A stretch of DNA of 63,654 nt, counting the filler, from Octopus bimaculoides (taxonomy: Eukaryota): NCBI RefSeq assembly GCF_001194135.2. It is 6 parts of 6 records of this genome, joined end to end, with 100 filler letters (N's around TTAATTAATTAA, not from the genome) between each part and the next. Parts side by side here need not be neighbours in the genome. Positions count along the whole stretch, not along the records: positions 30,374 to 46,797 come from NC_068985.1; positions 46,898 to 50,698 come from NC_069000.1; positions 50,799 to 58,049 come from NC_068994.1; 3 more parts are not named here. One strand, written 5' to 3'. The notes under the pieces are model-generated. The model was not told where the DNA came from and searched no databases. It saw only the letters and a program-made list of their open reading frames with translations. Below, in pieces: positions 40,260 to 52,019 of the stretch (the first letter of the stretch is position 1; the number at the start of each line of letters is the position of its first letter). The translations under genes were made by a program, and so were the position numbers.

Positions 40260-40603
40260 TGAGAAATTGAGATGACAAAGGGAAGGACAATTATGTTATT
40301 AACTTAATTAGAATACAGCTGTTTTTGCTATAAGATGCAGTGAACTCACAGTTGAGTGCCTGAATAACACCTTATAGCTTCATTAGAGCCTCAAATATGA
40401 AGCTGGTAATGCCTTTCCCTGTATGTAATCACAAATATAATTCTTTTCCCAAATAAAGTGTGCTTCATATTCAAGGATCTGATGAAGCTATAAGATGTTA
40501 TTCAGGCACTCAAGAACGAGTCTGTTGCATTTTAAGGCAGAAACAGCTGTAAGCTAATGGAGTTCATAAGATAATCTTTTATTCTTTTGTCACCTCATTT
40601 TCT
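40260..40603. repeat. Head-to-head inverted repeat, arms about 140 bp (40260-40403, 40462-40603), each with an HHR-like motif
   Basis: Right arm: CUGAUGA 40479-40485, stem II, GAAAC 40540-40544, agct, GUA. Confidence 0.8.
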
Positions 40604-41059
40604 TATTATCACCCTATATTCGCCTAACACTTTCTTCTGAAGCATATCTATACTGAGTTCTACATCAGCTTATTAGTCTCACAACGCCTAAGCAAAATAT
40701 GTATGTATGTATATGTGTCAATGCATGTGTCTGCATATATGCATATATGTATGTGTGTGTGTATGCACACATGCACACATGTATATTGTTATTTTATAAG
40801 TAAGCTGGAACCATTTTAACTGACTCTCTAGGTATAACTGGCAGCACATTAGTTCTTTTGTCTTATAATGCTACTTTGCATTTCCCTTGAGCTGAAATGC
40901 AATATTTTGTAAAGAGCCCATTGTTGTAAGTATCATGAACATCCAACAGCAGTTAAAGAGACTTACTTGTTCAACTGATGGAGCAAAAACCACAGATGAA
41001 GGGAACTGGATGAGAGGCTGGCTGCATGCACGTTTAATGAAGGTGGCAGTCGAGCGAGT

Positions 41060-42600
41060 ATTGGTGTTGATGGTGGTGGAGGTGGTGGTGGTGGTGGTGG
41101 TCGTTGTCATCGTTGTCGTCAGTGACTGTTAGTCATGTCGCTGTTGGTCATGTTGGTAGTGGTATTGGTGGTGGAGATGTTGCATTGTGATGGTGCTTAT
41201 GTTTAGTATATTAGTGGTGGTGATGATGATGATGATGATAGTGGTGGGGGTTGTGGTAGTGATGTTTGTTATGCCCTTATGGTGTTGATGTTGTTCATGC
41301 TGGCTAGTGGTGATGGTGGTGGTAGTTGTGGTGTTAATTCTGGTTATGTAGTGGTGGTGGTGGTGGTGGTGGTAGTGATGTAATGTAAAGTTTATCATAT
41401 TTAGTGATGGTAGGGATGAAGACAGTAGCAATGGTGGTGGTGGTGGTGGTGTTTATGCTGGTGGGTGTTTGTGGTGGTGGTAGTAGTGGTAGTAGTTTCG
41501 GTGGTTGTGATGGTGTTGGTGGTGGTGGTGGTGGTAGGGTAGGTAGTCATAATGTCGGTGGTTATAATGGTGTCAGTGGTGATGTTAATGGTGGTGGCTG
41601 TAGTAGTGCCTCTAGTGATGGTGGTGGTGGTGTTGATGTAATGTGAAGTTGCATATGTTTATCATATTAGTGGTGGTATTGGAGGTGGTTGTGATGGTGT
41701 GGATGATGATGATGATGATCGTGGTAGTGGTGGTAGTAGTTTGGTGGTTGTGATGGTGTTGGTGGTAATGTTTATGCTAGTGGTTGTGGTAGTGCCTGTG
41801 ATGGTGTTTGGTGGTATTGGGGTTTGCAGTTGTCTCAGTGTTTGCGTTAATGATAGAACTGGTGTTGGTGATATTCTTGTTGTTGTTGTTGCCATTGTTG
41901 TTGTTGTTGTTGTTGTTATATAATGGATGAGGAAGAAAGATGAGAAGGAGAGATTCGTTAGTTATTTTACCATATTGTTGTTGACGTTGTTGACATCGTA
42001 TCCGTGGCGATGATGACAACAACGACGACAACAACAACAACGACAGCAACAACAACAACAATGATGATGATGCTGATGACAACGACAAAGATGACGATGA
42101 TGACGATGATGCTGTTGTTGCCATGGTGGTGGTTTGGGTGACATTCTTAACACTAGTGGTGGTATTTGGTTTGATGCTGATGGCATAGGCGGTAGTAATT
42201 GTGATGATGATCATTATGCTGATAGCGTAGGTGTTAGTGCTAGTGGTGCGGATAATGAAAATGGGGGTGCTGATGCTGCTGATGACGATGGTGGTGATGC
42301 TGATGCTGGTGGTATTACTGATGGTGATAATGAAATTGGTAGTGATACCATTAATGGTGTGGTGGTGGTGTTAATGCTGGTTGTGTGGTGGTGGTGGTGG
42401 TGGTGCTGCTGCTGCTGCTGTTGGTAGTGTCAGTGGTGAAGGTGACAGTGGTTGTGGTGTTAATGCTGGTTGTGTAGTGGTGGTAATGATGATGATGATG
42501 ATGATGTTGATACTATTGCTGGTGTATGTAGAAATAATGTTAGTGGGGATGATAATGATGGCGGTGATGCTGATTCTGGTGCTTGGGTTTTTTTTTGTTG
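41060..42600. repeat. Cryptic (GGT/GAT/GTT)n trinucleotide low-complexity domain
   Basis: Direct reading; the poly-V/T/G/D ORFs are compositional. Confidence 0.9.
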
Positions 42601-42789
42601 GGAATTGTGATACCCACCATGATTGTAGTTGTTTAATGCAAGCAAACCTTGATTGAGCAGCTCTATAATTAATGTTATTCCAGCCATGAGCTTCCCATCT
42701 TTTCTTTTTATTTAAAACATGGCAGCGTGTGATTTGTGAATTATTTTTGCTGTTCATAGTAACAAGTGCTTGATGGACCACTTCTTAGT

Positions 42790-42908
42790 ATGAGACAGAG
42801 AAAACAATTGATTATAATGACTCCAGTATTTGGTGGGTACTTTATTTTATCAACCCCAGGACGATGAAAAACAGATTTGAATCTGGTGGGATTTATAATT
42901 CACTGGCA
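42790..42908 (-). mobile_element. SINE family 2 fragment
   Basis: Matches in-window copies. Confidence 0.65.
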
Positions 42909-43240
42909 NNNNNNNNNNNNNNNNNNNNNNNNNNNNNNNNNNNNNNNNNNNNNNNNNNNNNNNNNNNNNNNNNNNNNNNNNNNNNNNNNNNNNNNNNNNN
43001 NNNNNNNNNNNNNNNNNNNNNNNNNNNNNNNNNNNNNNNNNNNNNNNNNNNNNNNNNNNNNNNNNNNNNNNNNNNNNNNNNNNNNNNNNNNNNNNNNNNN
43101 NNNNNNNNNNNNNNNNNNNNNNNNNNNNNNNNNNNNNNNNNNNNNNNNNNNNNNNNNNNNNNNNNNNNNNNNNNNNNNNNNNNNNNNNNNNNNNNNNNNN
43201 NNNNNNNNNNNNNNNNNNNNNNNNNNNNNNNNNNNNNNNN

Positions 43241-43461
43241 NATCACTGTGAAAACAACATCCATTCATGAATTTTTTAATTTATTATTTTTTTTTGTTTT
43301 TTAAATAAATATTTTGCCTGTGAATTTGCGTGTGTAAACTGGGAATTCATAGAATGAGTTTCTCTGCCCTAAGTGTACAGAAAACACTCGACGAGAAATG
43401 GAAGAAAATTTGAAGAAAGAAAAAAAAAACAACATAATAATAATAATAATAATAATAATAA
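43241..43461 (+). mobile_element. R4/Dong family A 3' UTR with (TAA)n tail
   Basis: Close match to 129-303. Confidence 0.85.
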
Positions 43462-43852
43462 TCAGAAGTGTTATCATGTACATTGTTTTGTCTTGGTATA
43501 AAAGATGGGCTACAGTAAATATTCTGCTCAATACCACAGATTTGCTTGTTAGTTGTTTGACCTTCACTAGTAGAGCATGTCCCTTGGTGGCATCTCTGAT
43601 CACAAACAGAAGTTGTGGGAGAGCACCATAGCCATGTGGTGAGAGGAATTCTTTGGGGTTTGGATAATTCACCTTTGGAAATATGCAAGGTCATGCACTG
43701 TTTATCTTGATATGAGATCACCATGTTGCACACATATTGTTGTAATGCATGTGCCTGATGTACCCTTATCAAACGGGTAGTCATGATGGACATACTGGGC
43801 TTCATATATTTTACCCCAGTGTCACTTTGATGTCATGCCATGCTCTCTCACT
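43462..43852 (+). mobile_element. Non-coding element of about 400 bp with an (AAT)n tail, copy 1
   Basis: Homologous to 62515-62945; both end ...gctctct..c(aat)n. Confidence 0.75.
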
Positions 43853-43880
43853 CAATAATAATAATAATTATAATAATAAT

Positions 43881-44088
43881 GGTTTCAAATTTTGGCACAA
43901 GACCAGCAAGTTTGGGGGAGGGGATAAGTCAATTATATCAACCCTAGTGTTCAACTGGTACTTACTTTATCAATCACAAAAGGATGAAAAGCAAAGTCGA
44001 CCCCAGCAGCAAAACTTAATGCTGGAAGAAATGCCGCTAAATATTTTTCCCTGTATGGTAACAACTCTGCCAGCTTACTGCCTCAATA
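43881..44088 (-). mobile_element. SINE family 2 within a (TAA)n array
   Basis: Matches in-window copies. Confidence 0.8.
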
Positions 44089-44091
44089 ATG

Positions 44092-44121
<30 letters not shown>

Positions 44122-44125
<4 letters not shown>

Positions 44126-44860
44126 CAGTCATGACTTACAGTTTCAATATCATTAACTGGTCAATTACTGAAATATGTAATCTTGACAGAAAAATACGAA
44201 AACTGTTGACAGTACATAGAATGCACCATCCTAAGGCAGATATAGATCAACTTTATTTGCCGGGAGGCCATGGACTTTTACAACTGACATTAACAATGAA
44301 GATTGCCATTCAAACTGACAGAAAGATAGATGCGAATAGGCCAAATATTATATTGAAAGACTTCAGACAAAAATCATGCTTCCTCATTGATATGACTGTA
44401 CCAATCATCATAAATGTATCTGTCAAGACCTATCAAAAACTGAGCAAGTATAATGATCTTGAAATAGAAATTAGCAAAACGTGGAACCTCAAGACTAAAA
44501 CAATACCTGTTGTCAAAGGTGCCCTAGGAATGATAGCAAAAGGGGCTGATTACTAACTAACTCAGATACTAGGAAACCCCAAAATAGCAGAAATTCAAAA
44601 GATAGTGCTCATGGGAACTACCCATATCCTATATAAAATACTGTCTATGTAATCCCTAATTCTAAAACAAACACAATTTTCTTATGGTTTCTTAAACATT
44701 CTCTAGAACAACACTCTGTACAAAACCAAATATATGGCACCCTAAGCATAACACCAACAAGAACTTCTAACTTGTTGTCTCTTGAGGTCTATGGGTGAGA
44801 CTTGGAGCCATTGTACAAATGCAAAGCAAAAGTGAAACATAAAATAATAATAATAATGAT
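44122..44860 (+). mobile_element. R4/Dong-clade 3' fragment (family D): thumb, RLE endonuclease, 3' UTR
   Basis: IPVMTYSF...HHPKADIDQLY; TDRKIDANRPNIILKD...LIDMTVP...KYNDLEIEI...W...PVVKGALG...IQKIVLMGTTHIL; stop 44650-44652; TAA tail. Confidence 0.9.
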
Positions 44861-44879
44861 AATAATAATAATAATAATA

Positions 44880-45092
44880 ATCCATTTTACGAAAGGTACA
44901 AGACCTGAAATTTTGGAGGGAGGGAGCTAGTCGGTTACATCAACCCAGTGTTTCACTGGTACTTATTTCATCGACCCTGAAAGGATGAAAGGTGAAGTCA
45001 ACCTTGGCAGAATTTGAACTCAGAACATAAGGATGGACAAATGCCGCTAAGCTTTTTTCCTGGCATGGTAACGATTCAGCCACCACACTGCC

Positions 45093-45093
<1 letters not shown>
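44880..45093 (-). mobile_element. SINE family 2 within a (TAA)n array
   Basis: Matches in-window copies. Confidence 0.8.
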
Positions 45094-45147
<54 letters not shown>

Positions 45148-45228
45148 TAACAACAACAACAGCAATAATAAGAAGAAGAAGAATAACAATAACAATAACA
45201 ACAATAATAATAATAATAATAATAATAA

Positions 45229-45717
45229 TTGAAAAGAGAGGAGTTGCAGTATGAAGGCATAAGAATAAGGCTGGAAAGAACATATAGAGTAAAAGATAAA
45301 TGGCATGATGTAATATTGAAAGAATTGAAACAAAGAGCAGTAGCAATCAAGCCAAAATTGGAAAGATGTGACTATAGAAGAAAACAATTTGCACAGAATA
45401 GATTGTTTGAAGTCAATCAGAGAAAACTGTTTGAGGAATTAGATGGGCAATTACACCTGACTTTGGTAACTGATGCAGATGAAAGCAGAGCCTTTTGATT
45501 GGGAATCTGGGATGAACTTGTGAAGCATAATGATAATGCAGAGTGGCTACATGAAATCCAAGACAGGTTAAGAAATATACAAGGTCAAAACAACATAAAA
45601 ATAAATACAGAGAAGATAAAAAGACAGGTAAGTAAAATACCAAATTGGAAGAGCCCAGGACCAAATGGTGTCCAAGGATATGTGATGAAGAAGCTGAGAA
45701 GGCTCCATGAAAGGATA
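45229..45717 (+). mobile_element. R4/Dong pre-RT fragment starting at a (TAA)n array
   Basis: ELKQRAVA...QNRLFEVNQRKLFEEL...IW...HNDNAEWL...PNWKSPGPNGVQGY. Confidence 0.85.
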
Positions 45718-46579
45718 GCAGGCACCAGCATAATGAAAACAGCCAAAATGTTTGGTGTATCGAGAAGTACTGTCTCAAAAGTAATGACAACCTTTGAGAA
45801 AGGGGGAAAAACATCCTCGTTGAAACAAAACTCCGGAAGAAAACCAAAACTTTCAGACAGGGACTGTCAGACTTTTACATGAATTGTTAGAAAGGATCAC
45901 AAAAGTACTGCTCCCAAAATTACTGCAGAGCTTAATGACCACCTCGAGAACCCAGTTTCCACAAAAACTGTTTGTCAGGAGCTGTGCAAAGCCGGATGTC
46001 ATGGGAGGGCTGCAATCAGAAAACCACTACTTTCAAAATGGAGCAAAAACCTACGGAATTGTTCCCAAGAACAGTGGGANNNNNNNNNNAGGTTATATCT
46101 TGGAAATCCACCAGCCCAATGTTCTTCCCTCATAGCAGAATTAATATTCATGACTATTTAAGTATTTTATCTGATCAAATTCATCCTATTGTTGCAGAAC
46201 TGTTTCTGGAGGGAAACACAATCTTTCAGGATGATAATGCACCAATTCACACAGCTAAAGTTGTTACTGAATGGCATGAGGAACATTCTAGTGAAGTTGA
46301 ACATCTTATCTGGTCACCAGAGTCCCCAGATCTCAAAATTATTGAACATTTATGGTGCATTTTAGGAAAACAAGTAAGAAGTCGATATCCTCAACCATCT
46401 TCACTACAAGAACTGGAGACTGTTTCAGCTGAAGAAAGGACAAAAATTCCTTTGGAAACAATTCAGACTTTGTACTCGTCCATACCTCATAGAATTCAAG
46501 CTGTAATTACTGACAAAGGTGATCCTACCCAATATTAAGATAAATTTTAAGTTGTTACCATTATTTTGTCCAACCTCTG
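45718..46579 (+). mobile_element. 5'-truncated Tc1 transposon (DD34E type)
   Basis: FGVSRSTVSKV...SGRKPKLS, and FQDDNAPIHTA...WSPESPDLKIIEHLW...KGDPTQY*. The 3' TIR-like end is followed by TA. Confidence 0.9.
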
Positions 46580-46622
46580 TACACACACATACATATACAC
46601 ACACACATACTTACACACACAT

Positions 46623-46669
<47 letters not shown>

Positions 46670-46797
46670 CATATATAGTTCTATGTGTGCCATAAATATC
46701 GCCATCCACTTTAGAGAAAATTTGTAGTTTGGAATCAGTAGTTCTTTGACTGCTATTTCTAAATTTTCAGTATGTTGGAGAAGCAACTCAATTGCTA

Positions 46798-46897
46798 NNN
46801 NNNNNNNNNNNNNNNNNNNNNNNNNNNNNNNNNNNNNNNNNTTAATTAATTAANNNNNNNNNNNNNNNNNNNNNNNNNNNNNNNNNNNNNNNNNNNN
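46798..46897. other. Assembly join spacer
   Basis: N44-TTAATTAATTAA-N44. Confidence 0.95.
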
Positions 46898-46899
46898 AA

Positions 46900-47570
46900 T
46901 CTGAGAAGTAAAAGTAAAACTCTTAGGGCGGACCATCTAAACCAAGCAACTTGCTCACTTGTGGAGCCGACCACCGCTTCCTGTGTTTCTGTGGCTGTCA
47001 TCGTTGAGAGCCGCGTCAGGCCTTCGAGCTAGGCACTGAAGTCCATTTTGCGATCCGGTCCGTTACTCGTCCAAAACAATCGAGACTAGTGCTGCTGCAA
47101 AAACCGCACACATCTACTCGGGTTCGAGTAATACGCGCCCATCCCGACCCGTCAAAGACCGAATTGTAATTTTGTTGCCACTTTTCGCTTCTGCTAATCA
47201 GGGACTTCTACCACTCAAGATGCTTTCGTTCCGCAATGCCTTAGAGCATGTACCTTAACGCTGACAAGGCGTTCGTTATGCTGACGAGCCATTTTGCCGC
47301 TAGCGTTCGGCTGCGATGCCTTTCCTGCGTGCTTCTCTTCTAAGTTTCTAACTAGGCCTCCTTCTAATCTACTATTCTCTACCGTTAATCCTTTGTTAAA
47401 CTACATTGATTCTTTTTTAGATACCTTAGAAGTGGGGAGCGTATCGCTATTTACCGTTGACGATTAACCCCGTTTGGCTGACATTTCTAGCAAATCGAGT
47501 GATCCCGTTGACTTGAATTGTATTTCGATGTTAGCTAAGTAGGAGTTAAGACTACGATTTAGAGGTGCTT
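46900..47570 (-). mobile_element. L1/Tx1-like ORF2 fragment (EN-RT linker to RT start), related to 2450-4665
   Basis: FNKGLTVENSRLEGGLVRNLEE vs FCKELAIERNRLEVDLVCKQEE; also TIRSLTGRDG...QQH*SRLF...GLTRLS...GLDGPP*EFY. Confidence 0.7.
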
Positions 47571-47805
47571 GTATGCATATTACATATACTTATGGGATTT
47601 ATAACAACTGCATGATATGTTAATTTTATGTATGTGGGTTTATATCGGTTTAGGCTAGTTTAGAATAACATGTAACACAGCCTCATGTGAAGTGAGCTAG
47701 TTCAAAGTATTTATATTGCAACATAATTCATCATGATCTCTCACGCACGCAAACGCGCGCGCGCACACAGACAGACAGCTCACACACACGCACGCACACA
47801 CGTGT

Positions 47806-48022
47806 GCGAGCTGGCAGAAACGTCAGCACGCCGGGCGAAATGCTTAGCGGTATTTCGTCAGCCGCTACGTTCTGAGTTCAAATTCCGCCGAGGTCGACTT
47901 TAACCTTTCATCCTTTCGGGGTCGATTAAATAAGTACCAGTTACGCACTGGGGTCGATATAATCAACTTAATCCGTTTGTCTGTCCTTGTTTGTCCCCTC
48001 TGGGCGTAGCCCTTTGTGGGGA
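47806..48022 (+). mobile_element. SINE family 2, young copy
   Basis: gagctggcagaaacg...gagttcaaattcc B box, with CpGs retained. Confidence 0.85.
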
Positions 48023-48559
48023 ACAACACAGTCTATACAAGTGAATCTGTAGATTTCGCTGTTACTTTAGCTGTTTAAATGCAGAACATGTCACATATTT
48101 GTGCATTACTGGTGTATCAATACTGTTGCAGTATCGTGCACTCATGTGACAGTCATGTCAATCAATCGGAACCTCCCCCCCAAAAGAAAACGCTGTATGT
48201 ATTACATGAAATAAGTACTACATACATACATACACACGCATACATTTATACGCTAAGACAAATAGGACGTTACGTACACTGCGTGGCACAGTGTATTCAA
48301 AAGACATTGAGTTTAAAAATTTATCTTTATCTTTAATATTCTCTACTTTACATTCCAAATATACATTTCGAAATATTTATTAGCTAACACTTATCAACGA
48401 ACTTAAACCTCTGCTTTGGTCTGCTTTTTAATACTTCAAGGAATTAAATTCTTAGACTGGGAGGAGTGAGATTACGCGTGAATACAACCATACAAATGCG
48501 TACGTGTATACATTCTACTCTCTCACACTCATATTTACGCATATACATGCATACACACA

Positions 48560-48618
<59 letters not shown>

Positions 48619-48949
48619 AATGTGTCTGCGTATTTTTTATATTATAGTAAAGAAATAATTTTAAAAAAAGAAGAAATTAATACTTGGTCGGAAGTGGAGG
48701 GGGTGATACAAATGACCTTTTCAAGTGCTCTCCTGGTGAGGAAGGTTAATACGGTTTGTAGTGATACGGGAAAATGTGATCTGAGAGGATGTTCCAAAGA
48801 TCCACGCGCAAAGGTATTGGATTCTGGAGAGAAACGGAAGGCTTCGTCGCCCAAGTTCAAAGTCGTAGTCCCAGGTGATACCACCATCGCACCTCCGACA
48901 GTGGCGAAACCGCAATACACACAGACAGGGAGGACAAGTTTAACTGACC

Positions 48950-49110
48950 TGGTATCAGATATCGTTGTCAAGGACAACCAGGCAAAGGACCTAACTAACA
49001 TATTAGGCCTACAACTACATACAAAATTGGATGGAGAAATTACTAAAAAAAAAAAAAAGATCTGGAAATAGAGATAACCCAAATACGAAGGCTTAAAACT
49101 AAAAATGATC
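48950..49110 (+). mobile_element. Decayed R4-type RLE fragment
   Basis: SDIVVKDNQAK and KDLEIEITQIRRLKTK. Confidence 0.5.
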
Positions 49111-49134
49111 CTTATAAAAATCCTTTCTATAGTA

Positions 49135-49580
49135 GCTACAAATCCTGAATATTTTTGTTTTTGGTGGGGCGATTACATCGACTCCAGTGTCAGCTGGTAC
49201 GTATTTCATCGACCCCCGAATGGATGAAANNNNNNNNNNNNNNNNNNNNNNNNNNNNNNNNNNNNNNNNNNNNNNNNNNNNNNNNNNNNNNNNNNNNNNN
49301 NNNNNNNNNNNNNNNNATGCAAAGCTGACGTCGGTGGAATTTGAATCCAGAACATAAAGACGGACGGAATGCCTCTAAGCATTTTGTCCGGCGGGCTAAC
49401 GATTCTGCCAGCTCATTGCTCTAACGATCCCTATAGTATTGATTTCAAATTTTGGCACTCCGAAAGGATGAAATGTAAAGTCGACCTCGGCGGAATTTGA
49501 ACTCAGAGCATAAAGACAGCCGAAATACTGCTTAGCATTTCGCCCGGCGTGCTAACGTCTCTGCTAGCTCACTGCCCTAA
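49135..49580 (-). mobile_element. Two tandem SINE family 2 copies (49135-49425 with gap, 49436-49580)
   Basis: Match to 47806-48022. Confidence 0.8.
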
Positions 49581-49751
49581 CGATCCCCCCATAGTAATAG
49601 GTGCCTTATGAATAATATAAAGCATACCGGCAAATACGTAAGCAACAGATCATGACTTACAAATATTCATAACAAGTAGAAAATGTTACTGCTAACCAGT
49701 GCGCACATTTATAGAATAGCACCTTTTAACCTGTGTCCCACAGACCTCTGC

Positions 49752-50065
49752 GGCGGCGCATGACTCAGTGGTTTGAGTGTCGGGCTCACAATCAGGAGGT
49801 AGTGGGTTCGATCTCCAGACAGGGCTGTGTTTTTTGTTCATGAGCAGGATACTTTATTTCACGTTGCTCCAGTTCGCTAGTGCCAAGCTGAATCGGCTTT
49901 TGCCTTTCCCTTGGATAACATCAGTGGTGTGGAGAGAGGAGGCTGGTATGCATGGGCGGCTATTGGCCTTCCATAAACGACTTTGTCCAGACTTCTGCCT
50001 CGGAGGGTAACTTTCTAGGTGCAATCCCATGCTCATTCATGACCGAAGGGGGTCTTTACCCTTTA
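49752..50065 (+). mobile_element. tRNA-derived SINE (family 4)
   Basis: A box tgactcagtgg, B box gggttcgatctcc, distinct body and tail. Confidence 0.7.
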
Positions 50066-50698
50066 CTATCATCCCATGCGGCTATTTCTACCGCTACATA
50101 AGCGGTCTCTGCCCCTCTGAATTAACATTCCATTTTAACTCGAGCGCACACAACACACTTCAACTTTCTCCTTATATCAGTCATAATAAGATTCTTCACA
50201 CATTCAACACCAAACCTACTCATTTCAACCCTCAGAAAATTCCCTTCTCGCTGTTGATTTTCATGCACATGTAGAAACTGTACATAAACACATTAATCTT
50301 CTCTGGTCTTGGAAGATTAGTCAAAATCACGCGGGAAACTACTGACTGCAATTCTCACTGTGCTCAGGAAAATGACAGACCGATCCTTGATGAAGTGGCT
50401 ATAAACACTAAACCAAGCCGAGCCAATGTCCTGTCTCTGATTGTAAACAAAAAATATTGTGGTATAAACATTGTATCTACTTGCCAAGGAGTAGCTCAAA
50501 AAATGTGTTTGCTAAACATATACAATTACGTCTTCCTCTTACTCCCTCGCTGTCTCTCTTTCATATTCTGAGCTTTCGTATTTATAAGACTTCAAGTAAC
50601 GGACATGTCTGTCATCAACTGCTTACATACAAATAGGTGTATTGAGTGCTCTTTTCTCTTGTTAATTCACTGTGTGTGTGTGTTTGTAACTATATATA

Positions 50699-50798
50699 NN
50701 NNNNNNNNNNNNNNNNNNNNNNNNNNNNNNNNNNNNNNNNNNTTAATTAATTAANNNNNNNNNNNNNNNNNNNNNNNNNNNNNNNNNNNNNNNNNNNN
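50699..50798. other. Assembly join spacer
   Basis: N44-TTAATTAATTAA-N44. Confidence 0.95.
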
Positions 50799-50853
<55 letters not shown>

Positions 50854-51424
50854 TGCTCTCACACAGGGACTCCCCCACACACATACATACGTACATACTG
50901 TGTGTGTGTGTGTTTATATGTGTATGTTGCCGGAACAAATAAATGAAAAATGAGACTATTAAGAAAAAAGAGAAATCAAGATTAACCATAAAATTAAGGA
51001 TTAATGACAATTTAATCCCACAATCATCCTTTTTCATTCAATTTATCTCCAGCGTAAAAAGTGTTCTTATCTCTTCACTTTGTAGCTTAATGAGAATATC
51101 TATATAGTTTTGTTTTTGATTGTTTCTAGGTGTACGTTAATGTACACAGCCGTCACTCGCAAGCGAGTGATATTTAGAATACTTTCACTGATTGTTTTAG
51201 GTAATTATGCAGGCGTTAGTAGACATAGACACATTCGCTTTTTCTCCTACTCTTTACCCACTGGAATATCGAGGATAAGACAGCTGAAAGGATAAAGGAC
51301 GGTACTCGTACTCGACTGGTATTCGCTTTCAGCCAAATGATGTAGAGAGGCATGAAAGAAAGCAACTTGCTCAAGGACACAGCGTAAAACCATAGCCTGC
51401 ATATATAAATTATGCCAAATCAAA

Positions 51425-51599
51425 TGGCTGAATGTATAAGTAATTTGCTTACCAGCCACATGGTTCTGGGTTCAGTCCCACTGCGTGGAACCTTCGGCAA
51501 GTGTCATCCGCTATAGCCTCGGGCCGACCAAAGCTTTGTGAGTGGATTTGGTAGACAGAAACTGAAAAGAAGCTCGTTGTACATACATACACACATACA

Positions 51600-51635
<36 letters not shown>

Positions 51636-51740
51636 TGTGTCTGTGTTTGTCCTCCCAACATCGCTTGACAACCGGTGCCGGTAAGTTTACGTCCCTGTAA
51701 CTTAGCGGTTCGGCAAAGATTCCGATCGAATAAGTATTAT
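51425..51740 (+). mobile_element. SINE family 1
   Basis: Matches in-window copies. Confidence 0.85.
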
Positions 51741-51784
51741 TCAACACACTCACCGGTTTCTACTCATTTATTTATTTTTTATTC

Positions 51785-51973
51785 TTTTACTCGTTTCAGT
51801 CATTTGAGTACGGCCATGCTGGGAAACCACCTTTAGTCGAACAAATTGATTGCTTATTCTTTGTAAGTCTAGTACTTATTTAATCGAACCGCTTATTTTG
51901 CCGTACTCCTAAATTACGAGGATGTAAACACACCAACATCGGTGTGAAGCGATGGTGGGGGACACACACACAA

Positions 51974-51975
<2 letters not shown>
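51785..51975 (-). mobile_element. SINE family 1, 3' part, tail-to-tail with the previous copy
   Basis: Matches in-window copies. Confidence 0.8.

Positions 51976-52019
<44 letters not shown>

Noticed and set aside
46427-46465. CUGAAGA...GAAAC within Tc1
   Set aside because: Lies in transposase coding sequence with no valid stems I or III.
48466-49071. 201-aa ORF
   Set aside because: A patchwork of microsatellite, an unidentified segment of about 250 bp and an R4 RLE remnant.
50297-50570. Stop-free frame of about 85 codons (LVKITRETTDC...)
   Set aside because: No start, no clear splice sites and no family match.
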